Below, piece by piece: positions 1 to 8,283 of a stretch of DNA of 58,295 nucleotides. The notes beneath the pieces were generated by a model. It searched no databases, was not told the origin of the DNA, and worked only from the letters and a program-made list of their open reading frames with translations. Source of the stretch: a virus (taxonomy: Duplodnaviria; Caudoviricetes); the IMG/VR virus record IMGVR_UViG_3300049489_000494, positions 1 through 58,295 of that record, one strand, 5' to 3'. Position 1 is the stretch's first letter. Every line of letters starts with the position of its first letter. The position numbers and the translations under genes are program-made.

Positions 1-127
1 GATATGACCGAATTACTGACACAGAATGGGAAGATGCGGAAATCATCTGAGAATAGTGAATATGTAACATATAACTGGGGTATACCCGCATATAAGTCGA
101 GGACAGGACTAGTCACATGCCCTATGG
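1..127. repeat. 127-bp terminal direct repeat, identical to 58169-58295; circular assembly overlap
   Basis: The ends match exactly; 127 is a common maximum assembler k-mer; the repeat cuts through gene 1. Confidence 0.95.
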
Positions 128-690
128 CAGGCTCATGCGGTCGGTTGGGCGGTTGCTACGCACTACAGGGCTCATATACATGGAGGACGGTTGCCAATGC
201 CTACGAATGGAGACTAGAACAGTCACTGAGTGATTCATTCGTTCAGCTCATGAGTGATGCAATTGCAGTGAAGCAGAGGACTGCTATCAAACATAATAAG
301 CGACTAGTAATTAGAATCCATGACTCCGGTGACTTCTACTCCATGGAATATATACGGAAATGGCTGGAGATTATACACAGAAATGCAGATGTGCAATTCT
401 ATGCATACACGAAACAGGTGCCTATATTCCGTAGATTGGAATTGCCTATTAACTTCACAGTTATATACAGTGAGGGTGGATTGGCTGACGATAGAATCAA
501 TACAGCAACCGACCGTCACAGCCGAGTATTCAGCTCACTCGATGAGCTGCATGCAGCTGGATATGACGATGCAACTGAGGATGATTCTGTAGCATGGCGA
601 TCTACCACAGGTAGAATCGGGCTGGTGTATCACGGCTATAAGTCGAAGCAGTGGACGACTAATAATAATAATGAACAACAAGTAGCATGA
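4..690 (+). CDS. GP88-family protein (Cys cluster, possibly radical-SAM-like)
   Basis: CPMAGSCGRLGGCYA Cys cluster, plus RIHDSGDFYS and FYAYTK motifs typical of phage gene product 88. Confidence 0.75.
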   Translation: MTELLTQNGKMRKSSENSEYVTYNWGIPAYKSRTGLVTCPMAGSCGRLGGCYALQGSYTWRTVANAYEWRLEQSLSDSFVQLMSDAIAVKQRTAIKHNKRLVIRIHDSGDFYSMEYIRKWLEIIHRNADVQFYAYTKQVPIFRRLELPINFTVIYSEGGLADDRINTATDRHSRVFSSLDELHAAGYDDATEDDSVAWRSTTGRIGLVYHGYKSKQWTTNNNNEQQVA

Positions 691-905
691 GGTGTGATAT
701 GCGTATAATAGATCTAACACTAGGTGACTGTGATATCGATATAGAATTAGCTGATTCAGTGGTCGACGTGTATGTATCGGGCGGATATTCGAATACAATG
801 GAGCGTGACCTCCATGATATCGAACTCGATCTGATACAGGAATTATATGCAGAGCTGATTGCTCAATATGCATGGGAGTCTGGGAGATGTATCAACCACA
901 ATTGA
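687..905 (+). CDS. hypothetical acidic protein
   Basis: ATGA overlap with gene 1; an alternative ATG lies after GAGGTG. Confidence 0.6.
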   Translation: MRCDMRIIDLTLGDCDIDIELADSVVDVYVSGGYSNTMERDLHDIELDLIQELYAELIAQYAWESGRCINHN

Positions 906-985
906 ACATAGGAATGGACAGTGTATCTATAATAGACACGACAATTAACCATAATTGCGACTACAATGGTCGCACTGGAGTCAAC

Positions 986-1693
986 ATGAGTAAGCAATTA
1001 TCCACTAAGTATGCACCAATTGATCTACCTACAATTGTCACCAATACGGTCGATCTACTGAGTGAGCGTGGTATTACGACACAGGTGTTCAGTAGGCGCG
1101 CTAAGTCTGGCAACCAACAATGTGTCGAGTTGCGGTTAACTAATCGGGATGTATCAGTGTTCGGAGATACATGTAAGCCCCGTATCCTACTATATAATTC
1201 TAATAATGGCACTAGTGCATTCCGTGTGCAGATTGGTATTTACAGACTAGTATGTAGTAATGGACTCACGATCGGACAGAATATATATAGCGAGCGAGTG
1301 ACTCACATAGTTGGACAGAAGTTCGATAGTGCAATGGATGCCATTGAATGGAAGATAGCAGCAGCTATTGAGGTGCTCAATTCAGTAATTACACAATTAC
1401 GGGGATTACCTCTAGGTGAGGATATATCACTAGTACAGGAACATGTACTAACTAATACACTAGGGTTCAGTCCGACACTGACTGCTGAGATAATCAAGTC
1501 ATTACAATCACCTACACGTAGGAGTGTGGATATGGGCAACCTGTGGGGATACTACAATGTGGTCAATGAGGTACTGCGTCAGAGGTCTCGCTCCGAGTAC
1601 CGTAATGAGGTTATCAATGCGACACTCATGGATGATATCATTGCGGCATATATTAATATGATGAATCCAACTCCAACTACACTAGCTGCATGA
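986..1693 (+). CDS. DUF932/DUF945-family protein
   Basis: LLYNSNNGTSAFRVQIGIYRLVCSNGL signature; GGAG RBS before ATG 986 (the ORF track starts at 872). Confidence 0.8.
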   Translation: MSKQLSTKYAPIDLPTIVTNTVDLLSERGITTQVFSRRAKSGNQQCVELRLTNRDVSVFGDTCKPRILLYNSNNGTSAFRVQIGIYRLVCSNGLTIGQNIYSERVTHIVGQKFDSAMDAIEWKIAAAIEVLNSVITQLRGLPLGEDISLVQEHVLTNTLGFSPTLTAEIIKSLQSPTRRSVDMGNLWGYYNVVNEVLRQRSRSEYRNEVINATLMDDIIAAYINMMNPTPTTLAA

Positions 1694-1702
1694 GGTATAT
1701 AC

Positions 1703-1921
1703 ATGAGTAGTAGAATGGGCAGTGTATATGACAGTGTGTATGACAGTGTGTGGGGCAGTGTGAGGGGCAGTGTGAGGGACAGTGTGAGGGACAGTGTGAG
1801 TGACAGTGTGTGGGTCAGTGTGATTGACAGTGTGAGGGACAGTGTGAGGGGCAGTGTGTGGGACAGTGTGTGGGGCAGTGTGTGGGGCAGTGTGTGGGAC
1901 AGTGTGAATACTGAGGACTGA
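1703..1921 (+). repeat. 12-bp tandem-repeat mini-gene, copy 1 (MSSRM-(D/G/V)SV(Y/W/R/S/I)x16-NTED)
   Basis: Unit G(A/G/T)C-AGT-GTG-NNN; GAGG RBS upstream; open frame of 72 aa. Confidence 0.9.
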
Positions 1922-1959
1922 CTGCTAATTAGCAACTAATTATTGACATATAATGAGGT

Positions 1960-2187
1960 GTGAATATGAACTATTACAGCAATACAACGGGATATCTAAC
2001 ATGGGAACAGTGGACTAGGCGACTACTGAGACAGACTCAATCTAGTAAGCCAGTACTAGTCATCAATCGCATAACTAATCAGATTGAGGATGCACACATC
2101 AATAATGCGCCAATCCTAGAATCTGAGATGATTGATATAGCTGAGTTAGTTAGATTGGAGGATGGGATGGAGGATACTGATGAGTAG
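1960..2187 (+). CDS. hypothetical protein
   Basis: ORF with GAGG RBS between repeat copies 1 and 2. Confidence 0.6.
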   Translation: MNMNYYSNTTGYLTWEQWTRRLLRQTQSSKPVLVINRITNQIEDAHINNAPILESEMIDIAELVRLEDGMEDTDE

Positions 2188-2314
2188 TAGAATGGGCAGT
2201 GTGTGGGGCAGTGTGTGGGACAGTGTGAGTGGCAGTGTGTATGACATTGTGAGGGACAGTGTGAGGGGCAGTGTATATGACAGTGTGTGGGGCAGTGTGA
2301 ATACTGAGGACTGA
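2180..2314 (+). repeat. 12-bp tandem-repeat mini-gene, copy 2 (44 aa, MSSRMGSVWGSVWDSVS...GSVNTED)
   Basis: Same 5' leader (atgagtagtagaatgggcagtgt) and 3' tail (aatactgaggactga) as copy 1; 9 units; too short for the ORF track. Confidence 0.9.
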
Positions 2315-2344
2315 GGACTAATAACTCAATGGAGGTTACTATAT

Positions 2345-2731
2345 ATGGGAACTAGAGCTGATTACTACATTCGTAGACGTAATGGAACACTTGAATATCA
2401 GGGATCAACTGCGTGGGATGGATATCCTACTGACAATAATCTAATACCACTGATTCGTGCATATGATATCACTACATATGTGCATGTACTAGGAGATATG
2501 AGTAGTAATCGAGATGACTGGTCAGATGAATGGCCGTGGCCGTGGGCGAATAGTACTACTACTGATTATCAGTATGTATGGGATGTAACTACTAGTAGTG
2601 TATTCATATACAATTGGGGTGATCTAGTAACTGGTGGTGTTACTAGTATTAATATCACGGAATGGCCTGATATGAATACAGATACACAGGCAATGGTAGG
2701 TAGTACTCGCAGTGGAATACTGGTGTTCTGA
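2345..2731 (+). CDS. conserved phage hypothetical protein (MGTR...DGYP type)
   Basis: MGTRADYYI...WDGYP N-terminal pattern; GGAGG RBS. Confidence 0.7.
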   Translation: MGTRADYYIRRRNGTLEYQGSTAWDGYPTDNNLIPLIRAYDITTYVHVLGDMSSNRDDWSDEWPWPWANSTTTDYQYVWDVTTSSVFIYNWGDLVTGGVTSINITEWPDMNTDTQAMVGSTRSGILVF

Positions 2732-2801
2732 CATATGTATATAGTAGATGGCCCTGTGTGGAGTCCACTGACTACTGTGTACATCATCAATAGAATAATA
2801 T

Positions 2802-3116
2802 ATGAGGAGATACGTAAGTATGAGTAGAATAGCATTGCTCAATTGTGATAGATGTCATAAGTTATATCCGCACAATTCTGATATAGTTGAATTACATCTA
2901 GAATTTAAATTACTAGTACAATATAAGAAGTATATGGAACTATGTATAAACTGTGGTAGATATATAAGCTCAGTTATACAAGAAGCAACACATTCTCCTA
3001 CATATTACACAAGTGAAGCTACAGTAATCATAGATCATGAGGATAATAGGCATAATCTAAGTAGAACATTAGTTACTAATCAGAAACTAGGAGGTAGCGA
3101 ATATGGGAATCAATGA
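2802..3116 (+). CDS. hypothetical protein, putative Zn-binding (CxxC...CxxC)
   Basis: CDRC and CINC pairs. Confidence 0.6.
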   Translation: MRRYVSMSRIALLNCDRCHKLYPHNSDIVELHLEFKLLVQYKKYMELCINCGRYISSVIQEATHSPTYYTSEATVIIDHEDNRHNLSRTLVTNQKLGGSEYGNQ

Positions 3117-3366
3117 TCGAGTACCTATATGTGCCATATGTAGTGGCATTGCTGAGACTGTAGACAGTAGTACTACTGCCAGTACAGTAGACATATGTTC
3201 ACTAGTCCTCACTGATATCGAGACTAGGCGTGCAGTGGGGATGGAGAGGTACGGAGTACCGCTAACTCCGAACAATGGGAAGGATGCACTCATGGAATCC
3301 TACGAGGAGGCACTTGACCTCATTATCTACCTCAGGCAGTATATCTATGAACAGCGGGGTAACTAA
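3103..3366 (+). CDS. small MazG-like (all-alpha NTP pyrophosphatase-like) protein
   Basis: G-x-E-RYG-x-P-L followed by an EEALD acidic helix (YEEALDLIIYLRQ). Confidence 0.5.
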   Translation: MGINDRVPICAICSGIAETVDSSTTASTVDICSLVLTDIETRRAVGMERYGVPLTPNNGKDALMESYEEALDLIIYLRQYIYEQRGN

Positions 3367-3367
3367 T

Positions 3368-3424
3368 ATGGTCAGTGTGAGAGACAGTGTATATGACAGT
3401 GTGTATGACAGTGTGAGTGAGTAA
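3368..3424 (+). repeat. 12-bp tandem-repeat mini-gene, copy 3 (MVSVRDSVYDSVYDSVSE)
   Basis: 4 units in frame from ATG 3368 to TAA 3424, directly upstream of the DUF6745 gene. Confidence 0.8.
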
Positions 3425-3466
3425 TTAACAATTGCGTGCATTCATATGCTCGCTAGGAGAATCAAT

Positions 3467-4438
3467 ATGAGCAGTAGTAGTAATACTAAGAAGAATAAGA
3501 AGCAAATAATAGATAAGTTGACACCGGAACAGGAAGCGATGATGCCTATCTATGTAGAGCGATGCACTGCAATCGGCAGAACTACTCAGACATGGGATCA
3601 ATTCACTGCACCTGATAATCAGGCTGCAATTCGCTCACTCATCACAGAGATCTATACCAATGGCGGAGTAACAATGCCTACCGATATCAGGCTAGTCCGT
3701 AACCCACAGGAGGGTATTGATCTAGTCTCATCACTCACAGGTAATACTAAGTATAGTACACTCAATCAGTCATGTTATGGGTCGCATGACATCTCATGGC
3801 TCTCATTCTATATGTTCTGCCACTACGAACTTAACCTACGGGAGGAGACTGCTCGCCTCAAGCCGTTCTGGGAATTAGCCACGAAGTGTGGATGGTGGTG
3901 GCCTCTCTCTGGGGCAGTAGTCATATCACCTATGCCTAGTGCACTGAGACTAGATAAGCAGGGTAGGTTACATGCCGAGGGTGAAGCCGCAGTTGACTAC
4001 TCCAGTCAGCCGTTCGTCTATGCATTACATGGAGTTAGATTTCCAGTGGAGATGGCAATTAAGTGGGTGGTACCTCCAGTCAGTGAACTACCAATAGATC
4101 AGGTACTCAGTATCACTAACACAGAGCAGCGTAGGGAGATAATTAAGAGGATCGGGATACAGAATATGTGGAAGCAACTCAATCCTAGAATGCTAGATAC
4201 AGCGACAATAGCAGGTAATAGCTACCAATTACATGAGATATCATTGACAGGTAATGCATCTAATGATAGAATGAATAGAATATATCTACAGATGCTGAAT
4301 CCCTCAGTCATCGGAGAGATACACATCGAGGGAGTACATCCCGATTGTAGGACTGTGGAACAAGCACTCAACTGGCGCAACTTCGGTACTGTGGATGTAT
4401 CTACTGGTAGATTCGTACCACCACAGGTATTGACATGA
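3467..4438 (+). CDS. DUF6745-family protein
   Basis: YGSHDISWLSFY, CGWWWP...ISPMP..LRLDKQGRLHAEGEAAVDY, LHGV, NTEQRRE, and C-terminal NPS...EGVHP...QALNW motifs; AGGAG RBS before ATG 3467. Confidence 0.8.
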   Translation: MSSSSNTKKNKKQIIDKLTPEQEAMMPIYVERCTAIGRTTQTWDQFTAPDNQAAIRSLITEIYTNGGVTMPTDIRLVRNPQEGIDLVSSLTGNTKYSTLNQSCYGSHDISWLSFYMFCHYELNLREETARLKPFWELATKCGWWWPLSGAVVISPMPSALRLDKQGRLHAEGEAAVDYSSQPFVYALHGVRFPVEMAIKWVVPPVSELPIDQVLSITNTEQRREIIKRIGIQNMWKQLNPRMLDTATIAGNSYQLHEISLTGNASNDRMNRIYLQMLNPSVIGEIHIEGVHPDCRTVEQALNWRNFGTVDVSTGRFVPPQVLT

Positions 4439-4742
4439 GTAGTAGTAGAATGGGCAGTGTATATGACAGTGTGTATGACAGTGTGTGGGACAGTGTGTAT
4501 GACAGTGTGAGTGACAGTGTGTGGGACAGTGTGAGTGACAGTGTGTGGGACAGTGTGTATGACATTGTGAGGGACATTGTGAGGGACAGTGTGAGGGGCA
4601 GTGTGAGGGGCAGTGTGTGGGACAGTGTGAGGGACAGTGTGAGGGACAGTGTGAGTGGCAGTGTGAGGGGCATTGTGTATGTCAGTGTGTATGTCAGTGT
4701 GTGTGGGGCAGTGTGAGGGACAGTGTGAGTACTGATGGATAA
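4435..4742 (+). repeat. 12-bp tandem-repeat mini-gene, copy 4 (longest, about 23 units; ORF 4435-4716)
   Basis: ATGA-coupled to the DUF6745 stop; same MSSSRMGSV leader; an extra GT near 4700 shifts the last units out of frame. Confidence 0.9.
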
Positions 4743-4911
4743 TCTATATAGTACACTAATATACCAGATACACAATATAACACTGGTAGATGTCAATCAC
4801 AGGACACCACATGATATATGGTTGATATGGAGAGGATATCATGTAGGAATGATAATGTGGGACAGTAACTCAATAATAGGTATCAACATAGATAGGAGTA
4901 TATATGAGTGA
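4735..4911 (+). CDS. small hypothetical protein (58 aa, MDNLYSTLIYQ...WLIWRGY...)
   Basis: Open frame read manually; fills the gap between repeat copy 4 and ORF 4904, overlapping both. Confidence 0.5.
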   Translation: MDNLYSTLIYQIHNITLVDVNHRTPHDIWLIWRGYHVGMIMWDSNSIIGINIDRSIYE

Positions 4912-5347
4912 TGTATTAATGAACGGAATTGAAAATGAAGTGACAGTACCGAGTGCAACGAGGTACTGGCAACAGGGTGATGTACTACTAATGGCAGTAG
5001 CAGCACTGCCAGAGGGATGTACTGCAATTAATCCAGAGTCTAATGGTGATGTAATACTACAACATGGTGAGACTACTGGACATATGCATAGGTTCCGTGG
5101 CAGTGAGTTAGCTGCAGCCAATACTCAGGTGCAACTCTACGCCTCCACACTACCAATTACAGGCGGGGAATCAGTGGCTAATATCACTGAGCTAGGGGAT
5201 ACACGTAGATATATTGTGATCGGAGATACTGTACTCCTCAGACATGAGGAGCACAATCCAGTACAATTACCAGCAGGTACCTACGAGATCGACATCGTGC
5301 GTGAGTTCGACTATGAGTCTCATGAGATGCGTCGAGTCGTTGACTGA
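4904..5347 (+). CDS. conserved DUF6745 partner protein (QGDV / GExTGHxH / HEEH motifs)
   Basis: QQGDVLL, HGETTGHMH and LRHEEHNPVQLPAGTYEI..VREFD motifs; His-rich putative metal site. Confidence 0.75.
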   Translation: MSDVLMNGIENEVTVPSATRYWQQGDVLLMAVAALPEGCTAINPESNGDVILQHGETTGHMHRFRGSELAAANTQVQLYASTLPITGGESVANITELGDTRRYIVIGDTVLLRHEEHNPVQLPAGTYEIDIVREFDYESHEMRRVVD

Positions 5348-5433
5348 TCTGAGTCACTGATGATACGAGTGGGTATTCGACATGGGATTCCATGGATGGG
5401 ATCTACTAATTACATGAGGTGTATAATAGGAGT

Positions 5434-5520
5434 ATGAGTATGAGTATGAGTAATAGGATGATCAGTGTGAGTGGCAGTGTGAGTGACAGTGTGTGGGACA
5501 GTGTGAGTGGTAGTGTATGA
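5434..5520 (+). repeat. 12-bp tandem-repeat mini-gene, copy 5 (MSMSMSNRMISVSGSVSDSVWDSVSGSV)
   Basis: 5 units, diverged leader, AGGAG RBS, ATGA-coupled to ORF 5517. Confidence 0.8.
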
Positions 5521-5699
5521 GATATCTACTAGCACAACTTACTAGTAGTTGTAATTGGGATAAGGTAGAAATACGGAATAGATTCACTCCACCCTGTTGG
5601 CTCACTATATGGAGACTCATAGATATAGATGAATCAGTGAGTAATTCAGTATATGATTATGTACATGATTCTAATCAATATATATATATAGAGGAATAG
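5517..5699 (+). CDS. small hypothetical protein with degenerate ESVSNSVYDYV repeat
   Basis: Coupled ORF; C-terminal part resembles the tetrapeptide repeat. Confidence 0.55.
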   Translation: MRYLLAQLTSSCNWDKVEIRNRFTPPCWLTIWRLIDIDESVSNSVYDYVHDSNQYIYIEE

Positions 5700-5701
5700 A
5701 T

Positions 5702-5896
5702 ATGCATAGTACTATAATATGTAGAACTGATCATACGTGGTTCAATATACTCACTGATTCAGCTGATAATATATCACACATAATAGGTGTGTCTATATAT
5801 AAGAGAATAGCACGAGATATTAGAGATGAGCTATTCATATCTATATGTGATAGTATACTCGACCTAATATATAGGAGTACGTATGAGCAGAACTAA
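5702..5896 (+). CDS. small hypothetical protein
   Basis: GAGG RBS; tightly packed operon. Confidence 0.55.
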   Translation: MHSTIICRTDHTWFNILTDSADNISHIIGVSIYKRIARDIRDELFISICDSILDLIYRSTYEQN

Positions 5897-6101
5897 TCTG
5901 AGATTGATCAGAGGCGGGCGGAATGATGACACCTCAACTAATGCAGTCAAGAATTGGAGTGACTACCAGGTGCAGTTAGTGGCTGATAGGAGAACAGGTG
6001 TACTCACTACTACTACTCCACGTGATAGGAGACAGCAGATACGTGAGCTGACATATGAGCTAATGCAACTCAGACTCAGGGAGATTAGTGATGGGGAGTA
6101 G
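5883..6101 (+). CDS. hypothetical protein
   Basis: AGGAG RBS; overlaps neighbours. Confidence 0.6.
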   Translation: MSRTNLRLIRGGRNDDTSTNAVKNWSDYQVQLVADRRTGVLTTTTPRDRRQQIRELTYELMQLRLREISDGE

Positions 6102-6282
6102 TGAGTTATTAATAATTCTAACAGAATTGAGAGTAGCACCACAGAGATATGCACTAGCTGGTATATCTCGTAGATATCCAATAGCAGAATTCCTAGATCG
6201 TGTGGAGATTAGGATAGGATATATACCTAGGTGGGATATATGGAATCACCTACAGAATAGTCTAGGTATGTATGTTAGGTAG
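6088..6282 (+). CDS. hypothetical protein
   Basis: Overlapping operon packing. Confidence 0.5.
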   Translation: MMGSSELLIILTELRVAPQRYALAGISRRYPIAEFLDRVEIRIGYIPRWDIWNHLQNSLGMYVR

Positions 6283-6781
6283 TATCAGTGTACAAGTACT
6301 ACTATGTGGGATTGCACTCATGAATCTACATGGAGCTAGGATGCATGATGATCAGTGGGATTCGTTGATAGCACTAGCATCTCATTCCGATAATACCGAT
6401 GTAGCAATAATCGGGTGGATGGAATCTCGCTACCATTATAATATCAGGAGTAGTGCGGGGGCGATAGGGGTGATGCAGGTAATGCCGAGAACTGCACGTG
6501 GTATTGCAATTGAGTGTGGTGTATCTGATATACATTACAGCAGTCCTCTGCCAACTGTCGCAAGACAGTTGACTAATCCAGATATAAATGTTAGAATAGG
6601 TATATGCTATTGGGAGATGATGCTGCAACTGACTGGTGATAGAATAAGTAAGGCGCTAATAGCATACAATGCAGGATTAACTAGACGTAATAATAATGTG
6701 GCACTACTGCCACGTGAGACAATTAACTACGTTACACAATTCCATGTGTACAGAGAGGAGCTAGGACAATGTCGAGACTGA
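6272..6781 (+). CDS. SLT-family lytic transglycosylase with hydrophobic N-terminus
   Basis: Catalytic ES motif (WMESRY), SSAGAIGVMQVMPRTA, NPDINVRIG, AYNAG, LPRETINYV. Confidence 0.9.
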   Translation: MLGSISVQVLLCGIALMNLHGARMHDDQWDSLIALASHSDNTDVAIIGWMESRYHYNIRSSAGAIGVMQVMPRTARGIAIECGVSDIHYSSPLPTVARQLTNPDINVRIGICYWEMMLQLTGDRISKALIAYNAGLTRRNNNVALLPRETINYVTQFHVYREELGQCRD

Positions 6782-7527
6782 GGATTACTACTTATATTAT
6801 CATCACATGGCTACTATTCAATGTGATACATGCTATTACAGCTAGAGCATCCAGCTACAATGCAGTACCTGAGCGTACATTATATATCACAGGTTCCATA
6901 GGAGGACTCTCAATTCTCAAGCAAGCACAGCAACTCCTGAACATGAGTGACTCATCACATGATCCTATCTATCTAGTTATCAACTCACCTGGTGGTGAGG
7001 TAATTACAGGCACACAATTCGTCAGTGCTATGCGTGTGGCGAAGGCACGTGGAGTAGTCCTCAAGTGCCTAGTACCAATGGCTGCAGCATCAATGGCATT
7101 CATTATCTATAACGAGTGCAGCGAGAGATATGCTCTCTCACAGTCGCTATTCCTATGGCATTCCATACGCAGTATGTTATTAGGTGTCTACACTCCAGCT
7201 GAATTAGGAATCATACAGGCAGATATGCTTAGATTCCAATCCAATTTCGACTCACTCATGCAGAGTGAATTAGATATCTCAGCTGAGGAATTCTATTATC
7301 ACTACCACAATAACTCATTACTACCAGCACTATATCTACACTCCATATCACCCTATTACATGACACTAGTAGATGATATAACTGGAGTACTCAATGTGTA
7401 TGATGTAGTGGGTACTGGTGGGGATAAGAGGGAGCAGGGTGAGGTAGGTGAATCTGGTATCAATAATAATCTAATCTGGTTCGGAGAGTGGAACACTAGG
7501 GAGAATACTAATGTCAGAGGACACTAA
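6769..7527 (+). CDS. ClpP/crotonase-fold serine protease with N-terminal signal or TM segment
   Basis: LVINSPGGEV, AASMAF (catalytic Ser), FLWH (His). Confidence 0.8.
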   Translation: MSRLRITTYIIITWLLFNVIHAITARASSYNAVPERTLYITGSIGGLSILKQAQQLLNMSDSSHDPIYLVINSPGGEVITGTQFVSAMRVAKARGVVLKCLVPMAAASMAFIIYNECSERYALSQSLFLWHSIRSMLLGVYTPAELGIIQADMLRFQSNFDSLMQSELDISAEEFYYHYHNNSLLPALYLHSISPYYMTLVDDITGVLNVYDVVGTGGDKREQGEVGESGINNNLIWFGEWNTRENTNVRGH

Positions 7528-7849
7528 TACACAACACACAGAGGCTGAGCTAGCATTACTGGATTATAGACTACGTAGAATGTGGGAGGAGTATAATCTA
7601 GCCATTGCATCAGGTGGAGGCACTCCAACTCCAACTAGGGGGGCAACTGCTCCCGCTACACCAACTGAGTATGACTCAGGGGAGAATTCACTAGACATGT
7701 GGGTGAATGCTTGGGGTACTGGTGATGTTAATATAGATGCAGAGTATGTCAATGAGCAATGTGACTCACATGACTGGAGAGAATGGCCGCTAGATATAAC
7801 TAGACAATACTGCAGAGTATGTGGTATAGATGAGGGAGTGGAGGACTGA
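7511..7849 (+). CDS. hypothetical protein with C-terminal C-x-x-H...CxxC motif
   Basis: CDSHDW...YCRVCG. Confidence 0.6.
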   Translation: MSEDTNTQHTEAELALLDYRLRRMWEEYNLAIASGGGTPTPTRGATAPATPTEYDSGENSLDMWVNAWGTGDVNIDAEYVNEQCDSHDWREWPLDITRQYCRVCGIDEGVED

Positions 7850-8283
7850 TGAGCACTAATAACAATGTGAAGCAGATGAGTAAGAATAAGCAGCGTATTA
7901 AGGCGAAGCAGGAACAGAAGCGTATCGGGATGAGCACTTATATAAATGAGGGTCAGCTCAATCTCCGAGTGAAGTTAAGTATGCAGGAGTATGAGCGTCT
8001 GAAGTTGGCTGCTACAATATCAGGAGTTCATATGCGTGAGTGTCTCAAGCGTGGTATCTCTCTATATCATGACTTCATTATGCGAGCATATGAGAAACAC
8101 CAGACTGAGGTTAAGGCATTGAAGGAGAAGCAGAATGAGGTACAGATAGAGAACACTACTGATAATAATTCTAATGTGGAGGTAGATACTAATGAGCAGA
8201 CGGGTGGGAAATCCGAGAGCCTCAACACTGAGGGAGTTATGGCGAGTGAGCAATCATCGCTCTCTGATAGTACAGCAAGTTGA
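7849..8283 (+). CDS. hypothetical protein, possible ribbon-helix-helix DNA-binding domain
   Basis: LNLRVKLSMQEYERLKLAATISG strand-helix-helix pattern. Confidence 0.45.
   Translation: MSTNNNVKQMSKNKQRIKAKQEQKRIGMSTYINEGQLNLRVKLSMQEYERLKLAATISGVHMRECLKRGISLYHDFIMRAYEKHQTEVKALKEKQNEVQIENTTDNNSNVEVDTNEQTGGKSESLNTEGVMASEQSSLSDSTAS

Noticed and set aside
1703-4742. Repeat arrays as CRISPR or mini-CRISPR arrays
   Set aside because: Units are contiguous 12-mers with no unique 25-45 bp spacers, and no cas operon is present; the Cas4-like gene is a typical stand-alone phage exonuclease
1579-4796. Minus-strand ORFs 1579-1935 and 4401-4796 (TLSH/TLPL repeats)
   Set aside because: Antisense shadows of the 12-bp repeats; the RBS, start codons and operon coupling are all on the + strand
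1703-5520. Diversity-generating retroelement template/variable repeats
   Set aside because: No reverse transcriptase ORF was found, and the variation is not adenine-specific between a template and target pair
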